DNA from: Leptolyngbyaceae cyanobacterium
Lineage (GTDB): Bacteria > Cyanobacteriota > Cyanobacteriia > Phormidesmidales > Phormidesmidaceae
NCBI GenBank assembly: GCA_050331235.1
Contig: JBHJHA010000011.1
Location: 1 to 64,000 of the forward strand
Direction of reading: 5' to 3'
DNA length: 64,000 bases
Positions 63,040 to 64,000 of this stretch are shown here, piece by piece (the stretch's first letter is position 1; each line of letters opens with the position of its first letter). The notes below the pieces were generated by a model. The model was not told the origin of the DNA. It made no database searches and worked only from the letters and a program-made list of their open reading frames with translations. Position numbers and translations under genes: made by a program.

Positions 63040-64000
63040 CTAGTGGGGTGAATTAACGAGCTCTGGAGCTTTTGTTTTCCGGCGAGTAGTGGAATAGAGA
63101 ACCTGCGACGCAACGATAATTCCGATCGCGACGATGGTTCCGGCAAACAAACCGATAGCAATAAATTTCGTTTGGTCCCCAGGATCAGGCTTGGACGGTG
63201 CGATCGCCGGTTGGATCACCCGAGTATTGTAAGTCGCCTCGTTCTCTTGAACTTCGAGTTCTTGGATACGGGTCAATAGCGCACTGTAGGTATCTTCTGC
63301 AACAGTTACACGACGTTCCAAGGCGCGCTTTTGCGCACTCAATGACGGAATGTTTGACAAGCGCTGTTGATAATCTTGTTGATAGCTTCTGAGCACCTCT
63401 AGCTGCTGCTGCAGGCCAACATATTCCACTTCGGTATTGAGAAAATCACGAATAAGGACCTGGGCAATATCGTCCTCAGCACCACCAGCACCTTGAATCC
63501 TGCCGAGTGGAACATCAGGAACGCCGCCAGCCTGAGCAATTTGCTCCTGCAAAAAGCTCTGCAACGAATCTTCCTTAGCTTGGAGCTGCCTCATAACAGG
63601 GCTTTCAGGCTTGAATTGAGCCTCCTCCGCCGCAATTTGCCGCTCGATTTCCTGCAAGGCAATGAGCGCGTTTTGGACCCCAGGATTTTGTCTAACTGTC
63701 CCAACTAGAAAAGCCTCTTGGGGAGATAGGCCCAACTTGCCCTGGATGACATTGGCTTGTGCCAAAGTACCCTCTAAATTAGACTGCACGGCGGCGGCTT
63801 GGCCCTCAATGACTTCAATCTGTTGGACCAAGGAGGAGGCTTCATCCTCCAAAACTCCTATATTATTTTGCTCCAAAAAGTCTCTCAACTGGGTTTCTGC
63901 CTGCTGCACCGCTAGCTCTAATTGCGGTAGTTGTGCTTGCAAAAACTCCTTGGCTTCACTAGCCTCTGCTCTGTTTAGGGTAATAGAGTACTCGCGATAC
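63040..64000 (-). CDS. GumC/Wzz-Wzc-like polysaccharide chain-length determinant (5'-truncated by the window edge)
   Basis: Frame stays open to 64000 (YREYSITLNRAEASEAKEFL...). Long coiled coil, RVIQPAIAPSKP proline motif and C-terminal TM. Confidence 0.88.
   Translation of the reverse strand, partial: YREYSITLNRAEASEAKEFLQAQLPQLELAVQQAETQLRDFLEQNNIGVLEDEASSLVQQIEVIEGQAAAVQSNLEGTLAQANVIQGKLGLSPQEAFLVGTVRQNPGVQNALIALQEIERQIAAEEAQFKPESPVMRQLQAKEDSLQSFLQEQIAQAGGVPDVPLGRIQGAGGAEDDIAQVLIRDFLNTEVEYVGLQQQLEVLRSYQQDYQQRLSNIPSLSAQKRALERRVTVAEDTYSALLTRIQELEVQENEATYNTRVIQPAIAPSKPDPGDQTKFIAIGLFAGTIVAIGIIVASQVLYSTTRRKTKAPELVNSPH

Overview
This 64-kb window looks like chromosomal DNA from a cyanobacterium. 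The evidence is dense HIP1 GCGATCGC octamers, psb29, chlI, a cytochrome c6-family gene, glnB with an NtcA box and tRNAs without encoded CCA. An adjacent hetZ and unsplit patU plus an hpsJ-like gene suggest a filamentous, probably non-heterocystous strain (inference). Most of the window is housekeeping genes (rsmI, corA, apt, gatA, glnB, folC, mlaD/F-like, hppD, uvrA, ruvC, chlI, psb29), with four tRNAs (His-GTG, Val-CAC, Tyr-GTA, Thr-GGT), two PEP-CTERM genes, two signalling proteins (a Ser/Thr kinase with TPRs and a GAF/PAS-GGDEF-EAL protein) and the end of an exopolysaccharide cluster at the right edge. I found no transposase, integrase, prophage or CRISPR array. Five observations stand out. 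(1) A 371-aa repeat protein at 1648-2763 has no Lys, Arg, His or Cys and about 66 Asp/Glu, and lies next to a PEP-CTERM gene. (2) An unannotated element at 56399-56526 is bounded by inverted repeats that each carry SD+ATG, giving a 26-aa hydrophobic peptide on one strand and a 45-aa ORF on the other, a type I toxin-antitoxin-like layout. (3) A perfect 20+20-bp inverted repeat sits at 17093-17136. (4) A single in-frame TAA splits yvcK. (5) A CapA-family protein has lost most of its metal ligands. All product calls come from motif recognition by eye; no database searches were run.
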